Source: Synergistaceae bacterium
GTDB lineage: Bacteria > Synergistota > Synergistia > Synergistales > Aminobacteriaceae
NCBI GenBank assembly: GCA_017405525.1
Contig: JAFRAH010000001.1
Coordinates: 31,024-95,023, forward strand
Reading direction: 5' to 3'
Length of the DNA: 64,000 bases
The notes under the pieces are model-generated. The model did no database searches. It had not been told where the DNA came from and saw nothing but the letters and a program-made list of their open reading frames with translations. This document shows, in pieces, positions 1 to 9,265 of the stretch. Made by a program: the position numbers and the translations under genes. Positions within the stretch are counted from its first letter, which is position 1. Each line of letters opens with the position of its first letter.

Positions 1-2
1 CC

Positions 3-431
3 GGGTGCGTCTATATCTCCAGCGGTATCTATGGCAACTATCTTCTCAGGCGTGCACTCTCGACACAGGACGAAAGGCTGCAGCTCTCACTCCTTGAAGA
101 GGCCGTGAAACACCCCATAGTTCGGGAAGACACAATACGCAACATAGGCTACCACTATCTGCAGGAAGGTGAACGGAAAAACGACGGCAATGCACTGATA
201 CAAGGCTTCAATATTTTGTGGCAGCACTTCAACCGTGAGCCTCATTCCGAGGACATAAGCAGGCTTCTCAGCTTTGCGCAGAGATACCAGATTGAGGAAG
301 TTCTGAGGGAGATAGCCAGCTACTTCAAGCCCGGAGTATATCACCTCAAGCGAATCCAGCAGAAGGACGCTAATGGAAACACCGTAAACGCCCTCGTACT
401 GGTGAACGGCCCCGGAAGTGATGACCAGTAG
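3..431 (+). CDS. hypothetical protein, 3' part only (5' end lies outside the window)
   Basis: The frame is open from the window edge to TAG at 429-431. Its end overlaps the GTG/ATG start (418/421) of the next pseudopilin gene, so it looks co-transcribed with the secretion cluster. No motif recognised. Confidence 0.4.
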   Translation, partial: GCVYISSGIYGNYLLRRALSTQDERLQLSLLEEAVKHPIVREDTIRNIGYHYLQEGERKNDGNALIQGFNILWQHFNREPHSEDISRLLSFAQRYQIEEVLREIASYFKPGVYHLKRIQQKDANGNTVNALVLVNGPGSDDQ

Positions 432-1047
432 GCGGGGCTTTACGCTCGTTGAGGTGCTTGTTGCCGTAATGCTCACGGGAATACTCACGACACTTGCGCT
501 TGCTCCTGTGGTCGTTACGGTGAGGAGGGCGGTAGAAACTCAGGAGGAATACTCGGACTTGTCGGCTTTGTCCCGGACGATTAACTTCATTGCACGGGAT
601 CTCTTTTCGGCCATGAGGATATCGTCAAATGTCGTAACCATTAAGGACCACGAGGCTATAGGCGGCCATGATGATGATGTACTTATGGTTATGAGCACCT
701 CAACAATTGCCCAGGACATGCCTCCTGGAACGATCGTCTACAAGATTGCAGAGGGGGGAATACTCCACAGCAATATCATTCCCGGCCTCTACAGGTGGAT
801 ATTTCCCGGAAAGCTCCCAAATACGATAAACATTGACACGCTTAACGGTGATGAAGGCCAGCTAGTTCTTCCGGGAGTCAATGAGTTCTGCGTTGAAGTC
901 CCGGTAAATTCACACGAGGACGAGCGGCGAAAAGAATATACCGGGCTTCTTCCCAAAGGAATATATATCAAGATAGGCCGCCTCAAAAATGAACAGGACA
1001 GGGAGAATAATCTTAATGAGCTTGAGAGCGTTATCGTTTTCCCGTAA
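418..1047 (+). CDS. gspJ: type II secretion minor pseudopilin, GspJ-like
   Basis: Prepilin-type N-terminus RRG|FTLVEVLVAVML with Glu at +5. About 200 aa, with an LSRTINFIARDL segment typical of GspJ. Lies directly upstream of gspK. Confidence 0.55.
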   Translation: MMTSRRGFTLVEVLVAVMLTGILTTLALAPVVVTVRRAVETQEEYSDLSALSRTINFIARDLFSAMRISSNVVTIKDHEAIGGHDDDVLMVMSTSTIAQDMPPGTIVYKIAEGGILHSNIIPGLYRWIFPGKLPNTINIDTLNGDEGQLVLPGVNEFCVEVPVNSHEDERRKEYTGLLPKGIYIKIGRLKNEQDRENNLNELESVIVFP

Positions 1048-1948
1048 GAGAAGGGGCTTTGTCCTTGTGAGTGTCCTGATGCTTGGGACGCTCCTCATCT
1101 CTTGCGCAACTGCCTTCACGTGGTTCGTCAGGATGCAGGCACGCAGTACAGGCCGGGAGCTCCAGAACATCACGAACAGGAGTCTAGCTCATGTCATGGC
1201 CGGTGCAGTGATCGGGGTAATCTACCAGGCAACCAACAGCATGAAGTACGACAGCCCTTTGCAGAGATGGTTTCAGCCGTTCGTCCTCAACGTCCCGGAT
1301 TCGGGGGTATGGATTGTTCAGGTTACCCCGCTGGACGACAAGCTGCCATTGAGGCATATCTTCCTCCCCGACGGTAACACACTAAGGCGTGAAATTGCTG
1401 ACCCTTGGCGCGAAATGTGGGACAAGCTTCATCACCGTGAACTTGAACAGACAGTGCTTGACTTCATCGACAGGAACAAAAAGCCCAGGGTAGGGAGCTC
1501 AGAGCACGACGAGTACATTAACCGTATGCCCTACGATATTTCGGAGCTCCTCATATTGAGCCGGGACATAACGCCAACTATCCTTTATGGTTCTGGCGGT
1601 GAGCTCGGACTTTCGGACTACTGCACAATATACAGCGAGGGTCAGATAAATCTGAACGTTGCACCCGTCCATGTCATGGAAATTTTGCCGGGGCTCGACA
1701 CCGGGGGGCTGGCTCAGAGAATCGCACAGGCACGAACTGAGGAGCCGCTAACCAGCATGAGGGACATCCAGAGAATACCGGGGGCATCACCAAGAACAGC
1801 TACCCAGCTGACGAACATAGCAGGCTTCAGGAGCAGGTACTTCAGAATGAGGCTCGAATACATGGAAAAAGAAGGAGACGGTGGAATGTCGTTCAACATA
1901 ATATTTGACCGCTCGACAAGGCAGATAGTGAGGTGGGAAGAATCATGA
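1016..1948 (+). CDS. gspK: type II secretion protein GspK (pseudopilin tip protein)
   Basis: Pilin-like leader RRGFVLVSVLML lacking Glu+5, as in GspK. C-terminal INLNVAPVHVMEILPGLD...AQRIAQAR...IQRIPG helix-hairpin-helix-like segments are typical of the T2SS K family. ATG 1016 has a GGGAGA SD; the track start at 989 has none. Confidence 0.7.
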   Translation: MSLRALSFSRKRRGFVLVSVLMLGTLLISCATAFTWFVRMQARSTGRELQNITNRSLAHVMAGAVIGVIYQATNSMKYDSPLQRWFQPFVLNVPDSGVWIVQVTPLDDKLPLRHIFLPDGNTLRREIADPWREMWDKLHHRELEQTVLDFIDRNKKPRVGSSEHDEYINRMPYDISELLILSRDITPTILYGSGGELGLSDYCTIYSEGQINLNVAPVHVMEILPGLDTGGLAQRIAQARTEEPLTSMRDIQRIPGASPRTATQLTNIAGFRSRYFRMRLEYMEKEGDGGMSFNIIFDRSTRQIVRWEES

Positions 1949-3159
1949 ACATCAAGGACATTCTCAGTATAGGGAAAAAGAAGAACGACTACAGCAATAC
2001 GGAGTTCAGGAAGGTATCAGGGGACGCGTCAAGGACAGTGAAGACCATACGCCACGGGAGTGGAAGGAACTCAATCACCCTTGCACCTATGAGGTCGCTG
2101 TCTCTTGAGACGTTCACATTCCCGTTCTCAAACACCACAAAAATACGCGAGGCACTAAGGCTTCAGGTTATGCCGTTCGCAGCTGCCGGGGAGCTTGAGA
2201 TTTTCCCGGTAGTAACCTCAAAGGCAGGAAGAGGAGCAAGCGGCCTTGTCTGGTATGTTTCGCCCGATGAGCTCGAAATACCTTCGCCGGTTTATGACTC
2301 AGGAAAGCCGGGGAAAATTTGGCCTTCACCCCTGCCGTTCATCTCCCAGCTCTCGGAATATGACGGGAACGGTGCGACTATATGGCTCGATGAGGAAAAT
2401 ATATGCTCCATTCTCTGGCAGAAGAACAAGCCGGTACTTTACCGCTGGAAGAGGCTTTCAGGTGATGACCCGGCAGGAAGGGAGGCGGCTTGGTACGATG
2501 CCTATTGTGCCGCAAGAGGACTTGAACGCGGCGGGAACTTCGCGGTGAATGCCTCAGGCGATGAAGAGGCTGATGATGACTTCGCGGAAATTGTTACTGA
2601 CAGCGTGAACATTTGCCCGTGGATTTCTGAGGTGAACTTGTCGCGTTCGGCACTTGAGGGCGCAAGAGACCTTGAACGCACCGTAAGCTATCTGACCCGC
2701 GCATCATGCTGGCTGTTGGTGATTGGGGTTGTCGCTCTTTCTTCGGGGCTCGTTCGATGGTATCACCTTCAGGAACAGGTGAACGCCGCAAGATCCCGGA
2801 GTGAGAACTACTACCGCCGTACGTTTGACCCTGAGCGTACCGGGAGGGTCTCGAACCCAGTGATGCTTGCTCGCGACAGGATAGCCTCACTCACAGGAAC
2901 AGGGGACGAGGGGCATCCGATCGATGAGGTGCTTGCTGACTTGGGGGATATTTTCCGGCAGGGCCAGAATCTTGACGTTGCGATTGACATCATCCGCTAC
3001 AACTCTGAGGGGATAGATTGCACGGGGGTTGCGCCCGACATGACTACGGTGCTGAACTTCCGGCGGGCATGGGAGACAAAGGCACAGCTTGCCCAGGTGG
3101 ACAACACACAGTTTGTCTCAGGGATAGGCTACAGGTTTGATTTGCGTGTGAGGTGGTGA
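1945..3159 (+). CDS. gspL: GspL-like bitopic assembly-platform protein
   Basis: ATG 1945 overlaps the gspK stop (ATGA) and follows a GAGGTGG SD. About 250 aa are cytoplasmic, followed by one TM (CWLLVIGVVALSSGLV) and about 130 aa periplasmic. Called from position and topology, not a strong motif. Confidence 0.5.
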   Translation: MNIKDILSIGKKKNDYSNTEFRKVSGDASRTVKTIRHGSGRNSITLAPMRSLSLETFTFPFSNTTKIREALRLQVMPFAAAGELEIFPVVTSKAGRGASGLVWYVSPDELEIPSPVYDSGKPGKIWPSPLPFISQLSEYDGNGATIWLDEENICSILWQKNKPVLYRWKRLSGDDPAGREAAWYDAYCAARGLERGGNFAVNASGDEEADDDFAEIVTDSVNICPWISEVNLSRSALEGARDLERTVSYLTRASCWLLVIGVVALSSGLVRWYHLQEQVNAARSRSENYYRRTFDPERTGRVSNPVMLARDRIASLTGTGDEGHPIDEVLADLGDIFRQGQNLDVAIDIIRYNSEGIDCTGVAPDMTTVLNFRRAWETKAQLAQVDNTQFVSGIGYRFDLRVRW

Positions 3160-3163
3160 AGAA

Positions 3164-3667
3164 ATGACGGTAAATATCGACTCATTCATCAAGAATGCAA
3201 GGAGCGTTATACAGGGTGAGGCTTCAGGGTCTGTGAAATTTCTTGCGGCCTTCTTTGCGATGCTTGCGGTATGGATGGGAGTCCTCACAGTTCACGGCTG
3301 GAATGATGAGGGAGTTGCTGCCCTGAAATCCCAGCAGGGACGGCTAAATACCCTCCTGATTTTGGGGGAAGAGTACAAATCATTGTCCCCCCAGTCCCGT
3401 GCAGGCAGCTCGGAGAATATAGACGTTGCGGCAGTGTTCGCGCAGGTCTCGGAACAAATGGAGCTAGGCAGCCGCGTAAACAGGATAGCTCCCGATGGAC
3501 GTAACCAGTCAGTGGAGATTAACCGGCTATATGCTGATGAGCTCACTGAACTTCAGAGGCAGCTAGCTTCCCGCGGAGTTAGGTTCATTGCGGCGGAACT
3601 GAGAGCCCTTCCTTCAGGGAGTGAAAGGCTCTTCACTGTCTCGGCTATAATAGGGCCGGTGAGCTGA
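3164..3667 (+). CDS. gspM: GspM-like protein
   Basis: 167 aa with a single N-terminal TM (FLAAFFAMLAVWMGVLTV) and a periplasmic domain. Follows the gspL-like gene with a GAGGTGG SD. Assigned by position and topology. Confidence 0.45.
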   Translation: MTVNIDSFIKNARSVIQGEASGSVKFLAAFFAMLAVWMGVLTVHGWNDEGVAALKSQQGRLNTLLILGEEYKSLSPQSRAGSSENIDVAAVFAQVSEQMELGSRVNRIAPDGRNQSVEINRLYADELTELQRQLASRGVRFIAAELRALPSGSERLFTVSAIIGPVS

Positions 3668-3670
3668 AAG

Positions 3671-4240
3671 ATGAAACGTTTTCTGATTAACACAACGAGG
3701 TTACTTCTTTTCCTTGCAGGATTTCTTTATGCGCTTTACGTTTTCCTTCCGTGGCAGGAGGCAGGAAGGTTCATCATGTCCTTCGCCAATGGACAGCTTG
3801 AACGCCGGGGTATGTCCCTGAGCTACTCTGATGTTACCGGCGAGGATGACGGCTTCACTGTCCACAACCTCACGGCCAGCGGAATGGGTAATGTCTCGTT
3901 CAGTTCCGTAACATTGAGGCCGCGTTTCATTGCGAGCATTCTGAGTCTTGCGCCAGTATGTGATGTCGAGTTCAGGGGCGGGAGCGTTACGTTTGTGGTA
4001 ACTGCGAATTTCGGGGACGGCAGGCTTCTTCTCACAGCAGGAAGTAACGAGGTACTCCTGGAGAATGTTCACACCAACGGAGATTTTTCCCTCAATGGCT
4101 ACATGACACTGAACGTTTCAACCATGAAGATAGGACATGCAGACGCACGCCTTGATCCTCCTGAAGGTATGAACATGGATATATTCAGGAGTATGCTCCC
4201 TCTTGTTCGTGAGGGGGACAGATGGTATTTGAGGCGTTGA
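3671..4240 (+). CDS. gspN: GspN-like protein
   Basis: 189 aa with an N-terminal TM (LLLFLAGFLYALYVFL) and a beta-rich periplasmic part. Sits where gspN follows gspM. Weak assignment. Confidence 0.4.
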   Translation: MKRFLINTTRLLLFLAGFLYALYVFLPWQEAGRFIMSFANGQLERRGMSLSYSDVTGEDDGFTVHNLTASGMGNVSFSSVTLRPRFIASILSLAPVCDVEFRGGSVTFVVTANFGDGRLLLTAGSNEVLLENVHTNGDFSLNGYMTLNVSTMKIGHADARLDPPEGMNMDIFRSMLPLVREGDRWYLRR

Positions 4241-4256
4241 TGAAGGAGGCGCAAAC

Positions 4257-5261
4257 ATGGCATCACGAATAGCAGGAATATTTGGCAGGCTCAGGAGGCC
4301 GCGGAAAAACTCAGGCAAAAGAGACACTGAAGGAACGTTGTATTCCCTGTGGCTTTTGGGGGTATCGCTGCTTTTGGGATTCGTCGTTGGTGGACTTGCG
4401 AGCTCGGCCATAGGCTGGGGGCTGGACTTCCTGGCCGGGAGCTCAGGAGTTCAGGACGTTGCGGTAACAGGCCGGCAGGTGTCCTCAGAATCCGGGGGAG
4501 CTAAGAGAGGGCTTGACAGTTTCCTTGCGGCCAACCCTTTCAGAATTTCCCCGCGCAAAAAAGAAGAAGAGGTTGTACCGCCGCCACCACCTCCGCCAGT
4601 TCAGGAGGAGGAGACACCGCAAGAGCCAGAGGCAACACTTGATGATGTGGTTCTGAGGGGGACTTTTCCGGGAATAGCGGCTAACTTTGACGTGAGGAAT
4701 GTACCTCATGGCCTCGTACGTATAGGGCAGACGATAGAACAGCACGAGCTTAAAGCGGTAACTCAGTATGAGGCTGAGCTTGTCGCACCCAATGGCAGCA
4801 AGGTCATTAAGCACATAGTCTACGGTCCTGCACCCGTCGCGAACAGGCCAGAAGCACCTAAACCGCCAGCACCTGCACCAGCTCCAGCACAGAGAGAGCC
4901 AGAGCCTCAGCCCCAGCAACAGGGCGAGATAGTTGCGGCAGTTCCCGGCGGACAGGAAGGACAACTTCCCAGCGAACTGGTGAACGATCTCGTGAACAAC
5001 CCAATGACAGAGATGCAGCGCGTCCGTATTGCCCCCAATACCAAGCTAGGAGGTCTCCAGATACAGTGGATACAGAATGACAGCATCCTTAAGCGTCTTG
5101 GGGTAGAACACGGCGATGTGATAAAGTCCATAAACGGCATACCCCTAACGAACATGGTCGATATAGCTAACTCAATAGGCTCACTGATGAATAGTGAGAG
5201 GTTTGACGTTGAGGTAAACAGGGGAGGAAAAAATACAGCCCTCCGCTACGTGGTGAAGTGA
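4257..5261 (+). CDS. gspC: GspC-like protein (TM, Pro-rich linkers, C-terminal PDZ)
   Basis: AAGGAGG SD. TM segment LWLLGVSLLLGFVVGGL. Two proline-rich linkers (PPPPPPPV, PKPPAPAPAPA). C-terminal PDZ-like segment GGLQIQWIQNDSILKRLGVEHGDVIKSINGIPL. Confidence 0.55.
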   Translation: MASRIAGIFGRLRRPRKNSGKRDTEGTLYSLWLLGVSLLLGFVVGGLASSAIGWGLDFLAGSSGVQDVAVTGRQVSSESGGAKRGLDSFLAANPFRISPRKKEEEVVPPPPPPPVQEEETPQEPEATLDDVVLRGTFPGIAANFDVRNVPHGLVRIGQTIEQHELKAVTQYEAELVAPNGSKVIKHIVYGPAPVANRPEAPKPPAPAPAPAQREPEPQPQQQGEIVAAVPGGQEGQLPSELVNDLVNNPMTEMQRVRIAPNTKLGGLQIQWIQNDSILKRLGVEHGDVIKSINGIPLTNMVDIANSIGSLMNSERFDVEVNRGGKNTALRYVVK

Positions 5262-5593
5262 TGCGGCGAAATGGCTTCACCCTGATGGAGGTTCTCGTTG
5301 CTACGGCAATTGCAGGGCTCATGATTACGGCAGGCTTGAGGCTGGTCGCAATGTCCTACAGGCTCTTGGGGGAACTTCAGGCTGAACGGAACATTATCGC
5401 GGCAGCTCAAAGGATATGGCTCAGGTTTCGCATTGAGGACGACATGCCTTCAAGCGGGACAGACGACAAGAATAACATTACTTGGCGCGCTGAAGAACAG
5501 TCTGTGCCTGTCGAGGACTACGAGCTGAAGTTCAGGCGCGTTACTGTAACAACAGGAGAAGGACGCTCAGCCTTTATTTATGTTGCTGAATAA
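5261..5593 (+). CDS. gspI: minor pseudopilin, GspI-like
   Basis: RRNG|FTLMEVLVATAIAGLMI prepilin N-terminus with Glu+5 and about 110 aa. The ATG shares a base with the gspC stop; GTG 5258 is an alternative start. Confidence 0.55.
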   Translation: MRRNGFTLMEVLVATAIAGLMITAGLRLVAMSYRLLGELQAERNIIAAAQRIWLRFRIEDDMPSSGTDDKNNITWRAEEQSVPVEDYELKFRRVTVTTGEGRSAFIYVAE

Positions 5594-5671
5594 TTCTTGT
5601 TTGTAGTATCATTTGCAGGGCATGTTTGCTGAATTACACTGCCTGCTAAAAGAACGGGGGATGTTCCTGAT

Positions 5672-7741
5672 TTGAACCTAAAGAAAATTTTACCGCCTTT
5701 ATTCATTTTCACGATAGCTTTATCCTCATGTGCAGAGCCAGCCACGCCAGCAAGAAGGCAACCAGCACCGCCCTCACCGCCTCAGGAGGCCTCTGCTGAA
5801 TCATCGACTGCCATTAATGAGAGCAACATCATAGCAACCGCAAGGGACATGAGGATCGCAAACCGCATAGAGTTCAACGTAAAGGACTGGGAGCTTTCAC
5901 AGTTCCTTCTTTTCATGTCCGAGATACTGGAGAAAAATATCATTGTCCCGCCCAACATAAACGCAAAGATCACAGTAATAACTCACCGGCCTGTTGACAG
6001 GAACGCCGCGCGGGAAGTAATGCTTTCGACCCTCCAGATGCATAACTTCTCACTTCAGGACATGGGGAGCTACTACATAGTTCGGCAGGGAGGAGTGAGC
6101 TCAACGCCCGAAGTCTACAGGAGCAGGTCAGGACCTAATCTTGGCGAAGAGATAGTAACCTACATTGTCCCTGTGGATTACGTCGCGGCAAATAACATAG
6201 TGGCTCCACTTCAGCAGGCGTTCGGGCCGGGCAGTCTTATCGTTATGTCTGTGGGGGACGGTGGAAAAGATATACTCGTTCAAGGCCGGGCCTCTGATGT
6301 CCGTAAGGCTCTGGACTTCATCCGCAAGATGGATACACCGCAGAGCGCGAGGATTAGCCGGACGTTCGAGCTCAGGTACGGAGATCCAGCCACTGTTGCC
6401 GCACAGCTCAACGCCATAGCACAGGCAAACGGTCCAATGCAGGGGCTCAATGCCATAGCCGACGCTCCGAGCAAGAAAATCATAGCAGTAGGGAGCAGGT
6501 CAGCAGTCGATTACGCCGCGAAGGTCATACGTGAACTTGACGTTGACAGCAAGATAGGCGACTTCCACATCTACAAGCTCAAGAACATTGACGCAACAGC
6601 AGCCGCCGAACAGGTCGCTAAAGTTCTTGCCACAACCGGGACAATGCTGGGGGCAGACGCAGCAAGGTTCCCGGCAACCGTTGTTCCTGACGTTGCGACA
6701 AACAGCCTCATATTCGCGGCAACACAAAGGCAGTTCGACTCGCTAGTTCCCATCCTTGACGCAATAGACGTTCAGCCCAAGCAGATATTATTGCGGGGGT
6801 TCATCGCCGAAATCAACGTGTCCAACCTGGAGAACAACGGCATAGACTGGAACGTAGTGGGCGGCCAAATGTGGGATGACCTTCTTCTTGGCGGTAACTT
6901 GTCGCTTGGTGAGGCTACAGTGCCTTCAACCTTCATGCAGTGGTTCAATGACCTCTCGAAACAGGAAGAGCTCATCGACAGGAACGGCTCAACCTACAGC
7001 GTAACGAACTATCAGCCCATGGCTCTCATGTATGCGACGATTGAACTCCTGAAACGCTACAATGCCGTGAACATTCTTTCAGTCCCGCGCCTAATGTGTG
7101 TCGACAACAAAGAAAGCTCGTTCCAGGTCGGGCAGGTTATCCCCGTCCTTAAGGGCGCAACGTCAGACCTGAGCAACCCTTCAGCAGTTCAGAGCAACTA
7201 TGACTACAAGGACACAGGATTAACCCTGACAGTAACACCCCACATAAGGAGCGGCAACCTCGTAGCTATGGACATAAAGCAAACTACCGAAGATGTCATG
7301 ACCCCGGCGGGAGTCCAGACACCAATAACCTCAAAGCGTGAGGTGAATACTTCCGTTATAGTTGGTGATGGAGAGACGATAATTCTCGGCGGAATGATAA
7401 AGGAAACTGAGACCTCAATGAAACGCAGAGTTCCCGGCCTGTCATATATCCCGTTAATCGGCGGGCTCTTCCAGAAAATCTCAAAGGAGAAACAGAAGGT
7501 TGACTTTGTGATCTTCCTCACCCCTCAGATTATCGAGAACCCTGACGAGATGAGGAGGGCAACAGCAAGTTCATCGGGATTCAGGACACGGTTTGCCGAG
7601 CCTGATACTGACTTGGGATTTTCCGACCTCATGCCCGCAAGAGCTAGAAGTGAGCTCCTCAGCGTTGACGTTAGCCCGTTCGAGGCCGACATAGATATAC
7701 GTTTCAGGGAGCTCTACCAGAAGAGCCTTCGGAGGAGATAG
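5672..7741 (+). CDS. gspD: type II secretion secretin GspD, with lipoprotein-type signal peptide
   Basis: Canonical secretin C-domain: VPRLMCVDNKESSFQVGQVIPV, DYKDTGLTLTVTPHI, VIVGDGETIILGGMI, VPGLSYIPLIGGLFQ, VIFLTPQII. The N-terminus FIFTIALSSC has a lipobox. TTG start. Confidence 0.9.
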   Translation: MNLKKILPPLFIFTIALSSCAEPATPARRQPAPPSPPQEASAESSTAINESNIIATARDMRIANRIEFNVKDWELSQFLLFMSEILEKNIIVPPNINAKITVITHRPVDRNAAREVMLSTLQMHNFSLQDMGSYYIVRQGGVSSTPEVYRSRSGPNLGEEIVTYIVPVDYVAANNIVAPLQQAFGPGSLIVMSVGDGGKDILVQGRASDVRKALDFIRKMDTPQSARISRTFELRYGDPATVAAQLNAIAQANGPMQGLNAIADAPSKKIIAVGSRSAVDYAAKVIRELDVDSKIGDFHIYKLKNIDATAAAEQVAKVLATTGTMLGADAARFPATVVPDVATNSLIFAATQRQFDSLVPILDAIDVQPKQILLRGFIAEINVSNLENNGIDWNVVGGQMWDDLLLGGNLSLGEATVPSTFMQWFNDLSKQEELIDRNGSTYSVTNYQPMALMYATIELLKRYNAVNILSVPRLMCVDNKESSFQVGQVIPVLKGATSDLSNPSAVQSNYDYKDTGLTLTVTPHIRSGNLVAMDIKQTTEDVMTPAGVQTPITSKREVNTSVIVGDGETIILGGMIKETETSMKRRVPGLSYIPLIGGLFQKISKEKQKVDFVIFLTPQIIENPDEMRRATASSSGFRTRFAEPDTDLGFSDLMPARARSELLSVDVSPFEADIDIRFRELYQKSLRRR

Positions 7742-7745
7742 CCAG

Positions 7746-9263
7746 ATGCCCGCAGAAGGAACTCTTGAACGTCCCGCTGAAACTCTCCCTCCCCTTCCCG
7801 ATGCGAAAGAAGTATCCAGTCTACTGCCTGACGGAATGAGTCTCGACATTCTCAGACAGGCGGGAATAGTTCCCCTGAGAGTTGATGACGGTGTTCTTGT
7901 TGTGGGGGCATCAAATTTTGACTCGCTCCCAAAAGCCCAGATGCTTGGTGTTGCTTTGGGTTTCCCGGCTGACATTGAGATACGGGACGAAAAGGAGATA
8001 GGCGACCTCCTTCACACACTCTATGACTTGAGGAGTGTAGCTGCTGACGAGGCCGCGAAAAATATCGAGGGCATCGAGGACATTGATGACCTTAGCCGTG
8101 AGGATGTCTTGAGTGATTCGGTTGATGTCCCGGTTATACGCCTCGTTAATGGGCTTTTCCGTGATGCGCTGAAACAGAGAGCTACTGATATTCACGTAGA
8201 GCCGTATGAAGACGAGGTGCTAATTCGCTTCAGGATTGACGGGGTATTACAGGACAGGTTGAGGCTTCCCCGCTCAAACCAGGCACCGCTAACCAGCCGC
8301 ATAAAGGTTATGAGCAGGATGGACATTGCCGAACACATGACCCCGCAAGATGGACGTATTGGCCTCACGGTTGGCGACAGGGCGGTTGATGTCAGGGTTG
8401 GACTTGTCCCGACACAGTACGGCGAGAGAATAGCGATGCGTCTGCTCGACAAGGGGCACGGATTGATGACGCTTGAAGATTTGGGCATGGAGGAACGTGA
8501 ACGCAGTATCATGGACGAGCTCATACACCGCCCGCATGGAATGATACTGTTCACCGGTCCTACTGGTTCGGGAAAGTCTACGAGCCTCTACGCGATACTT
8601 CAGGCACTTGCGAGCCCGCAGGTCAACATCATCACCGTTGAAGACCCCGTAGAGTATGCACTTCCGGGAGTGTCGCAAATCCAGGTCAACGAGAAGGCAG
8701 GCGTAACGTTTGCATCAGCCCTCCGCTCAATTTTGAGGCAGGACCCGGACATAGTCATGATCGGTGAAATGCGAGACTTCGAGACTGCACACATAGGAGT
8801 TCAGGCATCATTGACGGGTCATTTGGTGCTCTCAACCCTCCACACTAACGACAGCATCAGCGCGATAATCCGACTCGTTGACATGGGGATAGAGCCCTAC
8901 CTTGCCGCAAGCTGCATGATTGGGACTGTGGCGCAGAGATTAGCCCGGAGGTTGTGCCCTCATTGCAGGCGCGAGATTACCCCTCCGGCCATGATGGCGA
9001 AACAGGGGCTCACTCGTGCGTTTGAGGCTGTGGGTTGCTCCGAGTGCCACAACACGGGCTACAGGGGACGCGTCGGACTCTATGAGCAGTTCGTGGTGAA
9101 CGAGGCCATACAGGAGGCGTTTGTGTCGGGAGCTCCGGCCTCAAAACTCAGGGACATAGCACGGGAATCAGGGTTCAAGACCTTGTGGGAGATTGGGCTT
9201 TCGGCGGTGCAGTCGGGCTTGACCTCGCCGGATGAGCTGACTCGTGTTGCAGGGGAGGATTAG
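7746..9263 (+). CDS. gspE: type II secretion ATPase GspE
   Basis: Walker A GPTGSGKST. GspE-type Asp/His boxes (IMIGEMRD, LVLSTLHTND). C-terminal CPHC...CSEC zinc motif. N-terminal T2SS-E N-domain. Confidence 0.9.
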   Translation: MPAEGTLERPAETLPPLPDAKEVSSLLPDGMSLDILRQAGIVPLRVDDGVLVVGASNFDSLPKAQMLGVALGFPADIEIRDEKEIGDLLHTLYDLRSVAADEAAKNIEGIEDIDDLSREDVLSDSVDVPVIRLVNGLFRDALKQRATDIHVEPYEDEVLIRFRIDGVLQDRLRLPRSNQAPLTSRIKVMSRMDIAEHMTPQDGRIGLTVGDRAVDVRVGLVPTQYGERIAMRLLDKGHGLMTLEDLGMEERERSIMDELIHRPHGMILFTGPTGSGKSTSLYAILQALASPQVNIITVEDPVEYALPGVSQIQVNEKAGVTFASALRSILRQDPDIVMIGEMRDFETAHIGVQASLTGHLVLSTLHTNDSISAIIRLVDMGIEPYLAASCMIGTVAQRLARRLCPHCRREITPPAMMAKQGLTRAFEAVGCSECHNTGYRGRVGLYEQFVVNEAIQEAFVSGAPASKLRDIARESGFKTLWEIGLSAVQSGLTSPDELTRVAGED

Positions 9264-9265
9264 GT

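Noticed and set aside
87-488. 133-aa minus-strand ORF at the window start
   Set aside because: It is antisense to a + strand frame that is open to the window edge and coupled to the pseudopilin gene. It overlaps the gspJ-like start, has no SD and no recognisable motif, so it is most likely a shadow ORF.
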